Below, piece by piece: positions 1-8,427 of a stretch of 64,000 nt of DNA. The stretch lies in IMG/VR virus record IMGVR_UViG_3300030060_002972, positions 1-64,000 of that record; one strand, given 5' to 3'. Source of the DNA: a virus. The stretch's first letter is position 1. The number at the start of each line of letters is the position of its first letter. The translations under genes were made by a program, and so were the position numbers. The notes below the pieces were generated by a model. That model was not told the DNA's origin and did not search any database. It saw only the letters and a program-made list of their open reading frames with translations.

Positions 1-4
1 ATCT

Positions 5-211
5 ATGCAATATAGACAGCATTGTCTTAACAGACATTTTGTAGATTCACCCAATACTACTTCTGCAACAACATATAAGATACAAGGTAAAAATGCTTAT
101 ACAGCAGGTGGTGCAAATATAGTTTACGTTAATAGGTCTCATAATGATGGAGACAATTTGTATGCAGGATGCTGTCAAAGTGAATTAGTTTTAATGGAGG
201 TAGCTGGATAG
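5..211 (+). CDS. 5'-truncated tail-fibre/receptor-domain protein (LMEVAG-terminal module)
   Basis: Near-identical to C-terminal part of 42661..43179. Confidence 0.8.
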   Translation: MQYRQHCLNRHFVDSPNTTSATTYKIQGKNAYTAGGANIVYVNRSHNDGDNLYAGCCQSELVLMEVAG

Positions 212-660
212 TGAGTAAAGCAAGAGAATTAGGAACGTATACAGGAAAAATATTACAGACAGTGCAAATGGAAACTGACTCACTTACTTCATCTAATAGC
301 ACTACTTATGTAAATACTTCAGTAACACTTAATATAACACCATCAAGTACATCTAATAAAATTTTAGGTATAGCAACAACAGCTGTGGGTACTGACAGTG
401 ATATTGTAGCTTTAACAAGAGTTTATAATTCTACATCTACAACAGTTGTTTCAGACGTTAACCGTTATACACCACGAAGTAGTGCCCTTGTTGTAAATCA
501 CGGTTCACATACTTTTGTAGACTCACCATCATCTACAGATGCACAAACTTATGTTGTTCAAATTGCTTCTGATAGAAGTGCAGTAAGTTACTTTAACAGT
601 AGAGGTGGTGGAAGCATAGCATCACATTCATCAATAGTTCTAATGGAGGTAGCAGGGTAA
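211..660 (+). CDS. Stand-alone tail-fibre/receptor-type domain, present only in unit A
   Basis: GKILQTV...ITPSSTSNKI...DSPSST...LMEVAG, paralogous to 42661..43179 and to C-terminus of 41306..42364. Confidence 0.7.
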   Translation: MSKARELGTYTGKILQTVQMETDSLTSSNSTTYVNTSVTLNITPSSTSNKILGIATTAVGTDSDIVALTRVYNSTSTTVVSDVNRYTPRSSALVVNHGSHTFVDSPSSTDAQTYVVQIASDRSAVSYFNSRGGGSIASHSSIVLMEVAG

Positions 661-980
661 TGCCAGTAACAAGTATAGCGACAGGGACAGTAACCACAGA
701 TGGCACTGAACAGACCGTAGGTTCTGCACAAACAGGAGATTTCTTTTTCTCTGGTTACATAGATTTATCAAACAATGCAGCTGGAGATACAGTTGTAATA
801 AAAATAAAAGTAAGGGTAGATAGTAGTGATATTATATGTATACAAGATACATTTACTGGTGCACAAGCTGAACCATTATATTACTTTCCACCACTACCTA
901 GTACAGAAAATTTTGTAGTAACAATACAAAAAACAGGTGGAACAAATAGAGCATATAAATTTAGGATATTTACAGCGTAG
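660..980 (+). CDS. Small beta-rich virion protein
   Basis: Near-identical homologue at 43179..43499; tail module context. Confidence 0.65.
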   Translation: MPVTSIATGTVTTDGTEQTVGSAQTGDFFFSGYIDLSNNAAGDTVVIKIKVRVDSSDIICIQDTFTGAQAEPLYYFPPLPSTENFVVTIQKTGGTNRAYKFRIFTA

Positions 981-1607
981 ATGGCATTAGGTAGTTTTTC
1001 AGGATTTAGACTTTATCAAGCTTCAATAAGTGCAGCACCGCCTGTATTAGAAGTTGAGCCTGATTCTGTTACAACAACTAACGCTTTTGGTACACCAGTT
1101 GCTAAGTTACAAGTTAATGGTACAGGATTAGCAAGTGCAGTAGCATTTGGTACATCTGTTACTAAGTTAGAATTAACAGCTACTGGATTTGCTGATGCAG
1201 ATAACTTTGGTACAAGTGTTGCTAAGTTACAAGCTAGTAACACAGGTATATCTGATGCTGATGCATTTGGTACACCGACAAGTACATTACAAGTTAGTGC
1301 AACAGGATTAGCTAGTGGTCTAGCGTTTGGTACAAGCAGTCCTGAATTAGAGGCTAATGCTACAAGTGCTACAACAACAAATGCATTTGGAACACTAGGT
1401 GCTACATTAAATATAACACTTAGTGGGTTTGCAGAAACAGACGCTGTAGGTAATGCGTTAATAGTATTTAAGGATTGGGAAGTAGTAGTTGCACCTACAA
1501 GCACAGACATGTCATTAGTAGCAGCTGCAAGTAGTACAGACTTTAGTGAAGTAACTGCAGCAAGTAGTACAGATTTTACACAAGTGGAGAACGAAGGTAG
1601 TTTATGA
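981..1607 (+). CDS. Tail-associated protein with ~21-aa tandem repeats
   Basis: About six repeats of KL(Q/E)xxxTG(L/I/F)xxxxAFGT; homologue 43500..44129. Confidence 0.65.
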   Translation: MALGSFSGFRLYQASISAAPPVLEVEPDSVTTTNAFGTPVAKLQVNGTGLASAVAFGTSVTKLELTATGFADADNFGTSVAKLQASNTGISDADAFGTPTSTLQVSATGLASGLAFGTSSPELEANATSATTTNAFGTLGATLNITLSGFAETDAVGNALIVFKDWEVVVAPTSTDMSLVAAASSTDFSEVTAASSTDFTQVENEGSL

Positions 1608-3049
1608 GAAGGTTTATAAAAGATTTATCTGGTGGCTTAAATTTAGCTAGACCACCACACTTAATAGAAGATAACCAGTGTTCTGTTGCAACTGATTGTG
1701 TATACAGGTCAGGTAAATGGCAGAAACGTGATGGTTTTGCAAACTTAACTGCAACAACAGACACTGCAAAAGTATTAGAAATAACTGACCAGATAAGAAA
1801 TGATGGTACAGCTAGAAGATTTCATGCTACTACAAATAATATATATGAGTGGAATGGTAGTAGTTATACAGCTAGATTAGCTGCAAGTAGTAATAGATTA
1901 TCAACAGAAAAATTATTCTTTACAGAAATAAACAATGAGATATATGTAACAGATAGTAAGAACAATATAGCTAAATCTAGTACAGGAGCATTTAGTAATG
2001 TATCTTGGGACACAAGTAGTTCTGGTAGAAATGTAACAGCTGCTCATGTGATATTAGCATTTAATTCTAGATTATTATTATTTAATACAACAGATGGTAC
2101 AGATGGAGAAGTACCATTTAGAATGTTGTACACTGATGTTTTAGATTTTGACCGAGTGTCTAATTTAAATTTTCTAGATTTAGATTATTCTGGTAGCCCT
2201 ATTGTTACAGCAAAGAGACTAGGTCAAAACTTTATAGCAGTGTATAAATCAGACTCTATTGTAACATTACAAGACCAAGGTAGTCCATTATTTTTTGTAC
2301 CTAAAGCTAGACAGACTATAGGTATTATAGGACCTAAAGCTCTAACAGATATACCTAATGGGCAGGTGTTTGTAAGTAATGATGGTATTTACGTATTTAA
2401 CGGAGCTAATGTAGAACCTATAGCAGATAGAACTGTAGTAAGTGAACTATTTAATAATTTAAATTATACATACAAAGACAACATATATTGTTGGACAGAT
2501 TTAAAAAACAGAGAAGTAATAATCCATTACCCTACAGGTAGTAATGAAGAACCAGATAAATGTATTGTTTGGAACTATCAATCTAATGTTTGGAGTCAAT
2601 GGAATTTTAATGCATACGCAGGATTCTACAGATACAGAACTGTAGCCGTACCAGAAGTTTATTTTGGTTCTGCATCAGGAATAGTAAAACAGAGAGATAC
2701 ATCAGGAACAGATGGCAGCTCTGCTATAGCTAGTACACTGGCAACCAAAGCATTTCACAGTGTGTTTGGTGGCACAGTTTTAGGAGCATCAGCTGAGAAA
2801 GCTACAGATTACGTGCAGGTGTTAAGAGTACAAACTGATGCCACACCAGCAAGTACCTTGATATCTGTAGGAACTGCAGACTTAGGAACAGACAGTCCTA
2901 GTTATACAGACCAGACTATTACAGATACAGACGGTAAAGCACCAAGAGCAGACTTTAATAATTATGGTAGATACACAACAATCAAAGCTACAAACTTTAC
3001 AAGTTTGTCAGAGTTTGTAATAGACCTAGAATCTGGAGGAGATAGTTAG
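1604..3049 (+). CDS. Tail tubular/nozzle protein (P22 gp10 / T7 gp12-like position)
   Basis: GGLN N-terminus, beta-propeller-like composition, VWNYQSNVWS motif; homologue 44126..45571. Confidence 0.7.
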   Translation: MRRFIKDLSGGLNLARPPHLIEDNQCSVATDCVYRSGKWQKRDGFANLTATTDTAKVLEITDQIRNDGTARRFHATTNNIYEWNGSSYTARLAASSNRLSTEKLFFTEINNEIYVTDSKNNIAKSSTGAFSNVSWDTSSSGRNVTAAHVILAFNSRLLLFNTTDGTDGEVPFRMLYTDVLDFDRVSNLNFLDLDYSGSPIVTAKRLGQNFIAVYKSDSIVTLQDQGSPLFFVPKARQTIGIIGPKALTDIPNGQVFVSNDGIYVFNGANVEPIADRTVVSELFNNLNYTYKDNIYCWTDLKNREVIIHYPTGSNEEPDKCIVWNYQSNVWSQWNFNAYAGFYRYRTVAVPEVYFGSASGIVKQRDTSGTDGSSAIASTLATKAFHSVFGGTVLGASAEKATDYVQVLRVQTDATPASTLISVGTADLGTDSPSYTDQTITDTDGKAPRADFNNYGRYTTIKATNFTSLSEFVIDLESGGDS

Positions 3050-4305
3050 TGGCTATAAATCAGTACACGTTTGATGATATAGTTTTACCAGTGCCTCCTG
3101 TATTTGTACCTGGAGAAGTGTTTGACTATACTACTAACAAATTACCTAAGTATTTAAAATCACAATATACATCTATGCTAGATTTAATTTCTGCTATACA
3201 AAATGCATTTCTTGTAAGCAATGAACAAATATCTGGATTAGATGCAGATAAGATTACAAACAATACACAGTTTACGCAAAGTGTATTTGTAGGTGCAGAA
3301 AGTAAAATAAAACTAGATGGCACTAATAATCAAATAACTATTACAGACAATCAGGGCTCACCAGTTACAAGAGTTATACTTGGTAAATTAAGTTCTGCTT
3401 CAGATGATTATGGATTAAAAGTTATTGATGCTAGTGGTACTGTATCTTTTCAAACTGGGTCAACTACATTTATAGATGGAGGTATTATAACTGCAAACAC
3501 AGTTACAGCTACACAAATTGCAGCAGATACAATCACAGCAAGTCAAATAGCTGCAGATACTATAACAGCTAGTGAACTTGCAGCAAACTCTGTAACAGCT
3601 AGTGAAATAGATGTAGCTAATTTGTCAGCTATATCAGCTGACTTAGGAACTGTTACAGCAGGTACTATTACAGGTGGGACAATACAAACTGCATCTAGTG
3701 GTCAAAGATTAGTTGTAAGTAACACAGGATTACAAGCTATTAATAGTAGTGGCACTACAGTAGCTACTATTGGAAATGATGGACAATTTAGATTTGGTCC
3801 AAGTACTGGTGATAATGTTTCATGGAATAATACAACTTTATCTGTAACTGGAGATATAATAGCTACAGGCAATATACAAGATGGAGCTATTACAGTACCT
3901 ACTGTAACAACAGGTACATCTTCTGATGGTAGTAATATAAATTTAGTTGTATCTACTAAAGGTGGAAATGTTATAGGAACTATATCTGTTGTAGCTGTAG
4001 TAAGAGGTTTGACTTCAGTAGGCACAGGCATTGGTAATATGAGAGTGCAAATAGATGGAAACACATTTAAGAATAGTGTAGGTTCTAAGGCTACATCTGG
4101 TGGTGGTAGTGTAGTGGTAGGACAAAATACTGATGGACAAACATGCACTGGTACATTCTTAGACGGAGACCCAGCAGGTAGTATAAGTAGTGCAGCTGAT
4201 ACAACATACACTGTAGCAGTTGATATTACGGATGTGATAACTGATACCACGTTAAGTATAGTAAGTTATACAGCAACTTTAGTAACATTGGAGACATTTA
4301 AATGA
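3049..4305 (+). CDS. Tail fibre/needle-like protein
   Basis: Decapeptide repeats TITASQIAAD, LSAISADLGTVTAG motif; homologue 45571..46857. Confidence 0.7.
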   Translation: MAINQYTFDDIVLPVPPVFVPGEVFDYTTNKLPKYLKSQYTSMLDLISAIQNAFLVSNEQISGLDADKITNNTQFTQSVFVGAESKIKLDGTNNQITITDNQGSPVTRVILGKLSSASDDYGLKVIDASGTVSFQTGSTTFIDGGIITANTVTATQIAADTITASQIAADTITASELAANSVTASEIDVANLSAISADLGTVTAGTITGGTIQTASSGQRLVVSNTGLQAINSSGTTVATIGNDGQFRFGPSTGDNVSWNNTTLSVTGDIIATGNIQDGAITVPTVTTGTSSDGSNINLVVSTKGGNVIGTISVVAVVRGLTSVGTGIGNMRVQIDGNTFKNSVGSKATSGGGSVVVGQNTDGQTCTGTFLDGDPAGSISSAADTTYTVAVDITDVITDTTLSIVSYTATLVTLETFK

Positions 4306-4478
4306 GTAATTGTGAATGTAAAAGTAAAAAATTATTACAAGATAAATTAGAAGAAGCACAGAAAAACTTTGAACAGATGAAAGCTAGTATACAATTTATA
4401 TCTGGTCAAATAAAATTATTAGAAGAACTAATAGAATGTGCATGTAAGGAAGACGAATGCGAATGCAAAACTGGATAG
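4302..4478 (+). CDS. 58-aa Cys-capped coiled-coil protein (not in ORF track)
   Basis: ATGA overlap; MSNCECK...ECACKEDECECKTG; conserved homologue 46854..47024. Confidence 0.75.
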   Translation: MSNCECKSKKLLQDKLEEAQKNFEQMKASIQFISGQIKLLEELIECACKEDECECKTG

Positions 4479-4825
4479 ATGAATATACCAGAGAGGCGAA
4501 GCCCTGTGTTGATGTCAAAGAGTTTATTAGCACTAATGGGGTTACTCAAAATATATGGGTAGACAATATACCCATAGGTATTTTTGTATATACATTTTGT
4601 ATAGATACAATATCTATTCATATTATGTGGATAAAACCAAAGTATAGACACAAATTTAGACAAGCTGCTAAGTACATAGCAGAATGGTCTATAGAAGAAG
4701 GATACAGGGAAGTAGAACTAATAGTGGATACAAGAGCGTGTGCAATAGTAGAAAGATACTTAAAATTAAAACCTGTACAAAAAATTTATTTAAGCAAATT
4801 AGATAGAATATTGGAGGTTCTATAA
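4457..4825 (+). CDS. GNAT-fold protein preceding ejection genes
   Basis: IGIFVY...IHIMWIKPKYR...GYREVEL pattern; position as T7 gp13/P22 gp14. Confidence 0.55.
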   Translation: MRMQNWIDEYTREAKPCVDVKEFISTNGVTQNIWVDNIPIGIFVYTFCIDTISIHIMWIKPKYRHKFRQAAKYIAEWSIEEGYREVELIVDTRACAIVERYLKLKPVQKIYLSKLDRILEVL

Positions 4826-6066
4826 TGGGATTGAGTAAAAGTAAGTCTAAACAGAAAAGTGTTTCTGGACCATCTAGACAACAAACAACAGCAGCAAATA
4901 TTTTGCTAGAATCTATTGTTCCAGGAAGTGTAGGAACACGAGGATATAGTAGACAACAACCTGTTCAACAAATGCAAACACAAACAGGATTGCCTGTTGA
5001 AGGGTTTAGTACCCCAAGAGCAGGTGGTGGGGGAGGATATTTTTCTGGTGGTACATTTCAACCTGGTCAAACACCTGATGCTAATAAAGTAGGACAAGGT
5101 ACGCTTGAAGGATTTATGGCAACACAGAACTTAGCAGACCAAGGACCTTATACTTCTGTACTAGGAACTGGTAGAGAGTTTAGTGGGCAACCATTAGGTC
5201 CAGACCCAGTAACCAGAACATTGTTACCTAGTCTAGAAGAGATGAAATTTAAAGGTACATTTGACCAGCTTGATAAAGGTCAGCTGTCTCCAACAGCTGC
5301 AGGTGTAGTAGAAACTGGTGCTGCATTAGCTAGTGACCCACTTGGACAAGCTCAACAAGCAGCTGCTCAGATAGACCAAGCAGTAAACCAAGGTCAAGTA
5401 ACTACGTTACCTGAGTTACCAGAAATAACTGATTATATAAGTAAGGTGTACGAAGATATGCCTGGACCACTTAAAAATGTTATAGATGATTTCTTACAAG
5501 GTGGTACAACAGAAAAGATAGAAGAGAGTATACAGAAGAATGTAGCTGCAATTAAAACACAAGCAGAAGATATATTACAAAGTCAATTAGATATTACGTT
5601 TGGTAAGTTTGCATCTGCAGGAGCAACAGGTGGTGCAATGTTTGCAGCAGCAGGAGATGTGACTACACAAGTCATGGGTAATGTATCTGCAAGTATAGCA
5701 GGATTCTATGCACAAGCATTAACTCAAGCACAGCAACAACAACAGGTTGCATTACAAACACTAAGTACTGTAATAGGAACAGCAGGACAACAACAAGCTT
5801 TAGATGCACAAAGACAAGCTATAGAGTTAGACACAACTACAAAACTTATAACTGCAAAATACAATCTGTATGCAGGTATGACACAAGAATTTTTAAGACA
5901 AAATCAGTTTTACACTGATATAGTAAGACAAGAAACTAGTGCTGCTAATCAGCAAGAGTTTCAAGCATTAAGTATGTTTTACGAAATACTTACAAGTTTA
6001 GCAACAGGAGGACCAGGAGTAAGTGCAGGTGAGCAAAAAAGTTCATCATTTACTTTTGGAGCATAG
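4825..6066 (+). CDS. Internal virion/DNA-ejection protein 1
   Basis: Gln/Ala/Gly-rich helical protein, first of three large genes after the tail. Confidence 0.65.
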   Translation: MGLSKSKSKQKSVSGPSRQQTTAANILLESIVPGSVGTRGYSRQQPVQQMQTQTGLPVEGFSTPRAGGGGGYFSGGTFQPGQTPDANKVGQGTLEGFMATQNLADQGPYTSVLGTGREFSGQPLGPDPVTRTLLPSLEEMKFKGTFDQLDKGQLSPTAAGVVETGAALASDPLGQAQQAAAQIDQAVNQGQVTTLPELPEITDYISKVYEDMPGPLKNVIDDFLQGGTTEKIEESIQKNVAAIKTQAEDILQSQLDITFGKFASAGATGGAMFAAAGDVTTQVMGNVSASIAGFYAQALTQAQQQQQVALQTLSTVIGTAGQQQALDAQRQAIELDTTTKLITAKYNLYAGMTQEFLRQNQFYTDIVRQETSAANQQEFQALSMFYEILTSLATGGPGVSAGEQKSSSFTFGA

Positions 6067-6069
6067 AGC

Positions 6070-8418
6070 ATGGCACAACCAACAGATAGATTTAGATTAA
6101 GAAACTTTGGTAATAGAACCAATCAACAACAGACTACAGCACCGCAGTTTGAAGACACATCTGCAGACCAAGCAGAGCAAGGAGCTACTGTACTAGAAAA
6201 ATTTTTAGGTAAAGCTGGTGATATTGGTGGGGGTATTAAGCTAGAAAAACAAAGTCCTTTAAAAGCTTTTGGTAGCCAGTTAATGGGTAGAACTAAAATA
6301 GGTAGTGCTATAAATGCATACCAAGACCAAGTTAAAATAAACCAAGCAGCTGATATACAAGAAGGTCTAAGCACTGGAGGTCAATTTAAATATGAAAGAG
6401 CTAATAATCCTGTGTATACAGATGAAATGGGGAATGCTATTACAGACAAAGAAACTTTACAAAAATTAAATGCACAAACTGGTTTTTCAGATTCTGATAT
6501 GACTTTAACTGCAGCAGCAGCTAAAGGTAAAGGATTGGTTAAGCTAGTAGACAATGTAACAGGTGAAGTTTTAAATGAGAAAAAAGTTACTATTGACATG
6601 CCTACATCAGAGATAGGACCAGATGGTATGGCTGTAACAAAAAAGATAACACAAACTGTATATGTAAATCCAGATGCTTACTTGTCAGACCCTAGCGTAA
6701 GAAAAGAATTAATACTTAAAAAGACAGAAGAGAATATGAAAAACATAGGGCTTGACCAAGATGTAATAGACCGAACTATAAACAATTTACGTAACACAGT
6801 AAATAGTAAAGAGCTACAGATAGCTCAAGCAAACATGAAATTAAAAACACTTAAGTCTGATTTCTTTTTAGCAAATCTAGGCACATCACTAGGTGGAGGA
6901 ACAAAAGCTGGAACTAGCAGTAGTAGTCAAACAGACACTGTTATAGATACTTATAATAAATCTAAAAATGTAAAAGATGCTGCATTACCAGAAAAAATAT
7001 TTACTATAATTGGAAGCACTGGTGATAAGGTTAGTAATGATTCTGATTATGTTTTACCTTTAACAGCTGACAAAGCATTGCAAAATGCTGGTATAAAAGA
7101 TGCAGACACTGTTGCTAACCTTAAAGGATTTATAAATGTACAAACACAAGCAAAAGCAGGTGACCCTAAAGGTACATTAGGTATAGCTAGTTCAGCTAAC
7201 ATAGGTACAGCTATTGGAGTTTATCTAAAAAGTGACGGAGATAACATACAAGAAACTAATTTTGATGATGATAACTGGGCAGAGAGTAAAGATACTCATA
7301 AGAAAATGAAAATGGCAGTTGAGTTAGGAATAATAAATAACAACTATACAAACCTGCCTTATGCAGAAAGAATACAACTTATGAAAACTGCTGTAACTTT
7401 AATGGATGAAGCTGTGCTACCTCAACTTAGAGCATTTCAAGTAGGTTTTAGTGAAACAGACAGATTAAAATATATGAAAAGTTATGATGCTTTAAAAGGA
7501 CTAGCAGCAGAAAAAGTTAGATTAATGGGAGAAATAAAGAAGATATCTAAAATGAGTATGTTAACTGGTGAAGGAGCAAACATACAACAGAACGGAGAAA
7601 GACTAGAAGGTTCAGGTATATTTGTAAACAAAGAAGCTCCACAAACTCCTGTGTACTCAGTAGAAATGGATGAAGACGGATATGCTGAAACATTAACTTT
7701 TGATGTAATAGATGAAAGACTTATTAGTATGAGTAGAGAAGAGGCAGGTAGTTATTTAAGTAATTTAGTAGACAGAGAAATATTAAAACCAGAAGCTGCA
7801 CAATTCTTTGCTGACAAGTTAAATTACCAAAGAAGTAGAACAGCTGGTTTACAAAAAGATTTAGAAAAAATAAATTCTTTAGGTAGATTTGGGTCAGTGC
7901 AATCTGCAGCAAATGCAGAAGTACCAGGTCCAGGGCAAGATAGAACTGGCATACTTGGAATGGATTATGTGTCAGATGTAGCTGATTTAAAATTAAAAAA
8001 AGGTCAACTAGTATTTAATGAAGAGACAGGCAAATTTACTAGTACATCTTCAGGAAGCCAGACAGCAATTGGGTTTGGTTTAGGAGATGCTTCTGAAACT
8101 ATAGTAAGAGCAAATGCTGGGCAAAGATTAAATGTAGATTATGGAAAACTTAGAGACAAGGGATACAATGATGTTACTAAAGCAGAGTATATTGAAGTTA
8201 TTAAGAGAAAAGCAAACAGTGATGACCCAGAAGTCTTAAACAAAATGCAGACTAGACTAGGAGTAGATGACGGAGAGTTTGAAATTATTAAAACTTTCCT
8301 AAGACAAAACAACACAGAAGAATTAATGGAATTTTTAGATGAGGTACAATCCTCAGCTAAGGAAAGAAAAAGCGGAGAACCGGGTGCAGTAGAGGCATTA
8401 TCAGGATTCTTTGGATAA
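6070..8418 (+). CDS. Internal virion/DNA-ejection protein 2
   Basis: 782 aa helical protein; position. Confidence 0.55.
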   Translation: MAQPTDRFRLRNFGNRTNQQQTTAPQFEDTSADQAEQGATVLEKFLGKAGDIGGGIKLEKQSPLKAFGSQLMGRTKIGSAINAYQDQVKINQAADIQEGLSTGGQFKYERANNPVYTDEMGNAITDKETLQKLNAQTGFSDSDMTLTAAAAKGKGLVKLVDNVTGEVLNEKKVTIDMPTSEIGPDGMAVTKKITQTVYVNPDAYLSDPSVRKELILKKTEENMKNIGLDQDVIDRTINNLRNTVNSKELQIAQANMKLKTLKSDFFLANLGTSLGGGTKAGTSSSSQTDTVIDTYNKSKNVKDAALPEKIFTIIGSTGDKVSNDSDYVLPLTADKALQNAGIKDADTVANLKGFINVQTQAKAGDPKGTLGIASSANIGTAIGVYLKSDGDNIQETNFDDDNWAESKDTHKKMKMAVELGIINNNYTNLPYAERIQLMKTAVTLMDEAVLPQLRAFQVGFSETDRLKYMKSYDALKGLAAEKVRLMGEIKKISKMSMLTGEGANIQQNGERLEGSGIFVNKEAPQTPVYSVEMDEDGYAETLTFDVIDERLISMSREEAGSYLSNLVDREILKPEAAQFFADKLNYQRSRTAGLQKDLEKINSLGRFGSVQSAANAEVPGPGQDRTGILGMDYVSDVADLKLKKGQLVFNEETGKFTSTSSGSQTAIGFGLGDASETIVRANAGQRLNVDYGKLRDKGYNDVTKAEYIEVIKRKANSDDPEVLNKMQTRLGVDDGEFEIIKTFLRQNNTEELMEFLDEVQSSAKERKSGEPGAVEALSGFFG

Positions 8419-8427
8419 GGAGACACA

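Noticed and set aside
5-211. Diversity-generating retroelement TR/VR pair with 42973-43179
   Set aside because: Differences are not adenine-specific, both copies are coding, and no reverse transcriptase is present
1016-1510. Conserved antisense ORFs (1016..1510/43532..44026; 3702..4250/45972..46706) and other short opposite-strand ORFs
   Set aside because: Shadows of repetitive Thr/Ala/Gly-rich sense genes; no RBS, against operon direction
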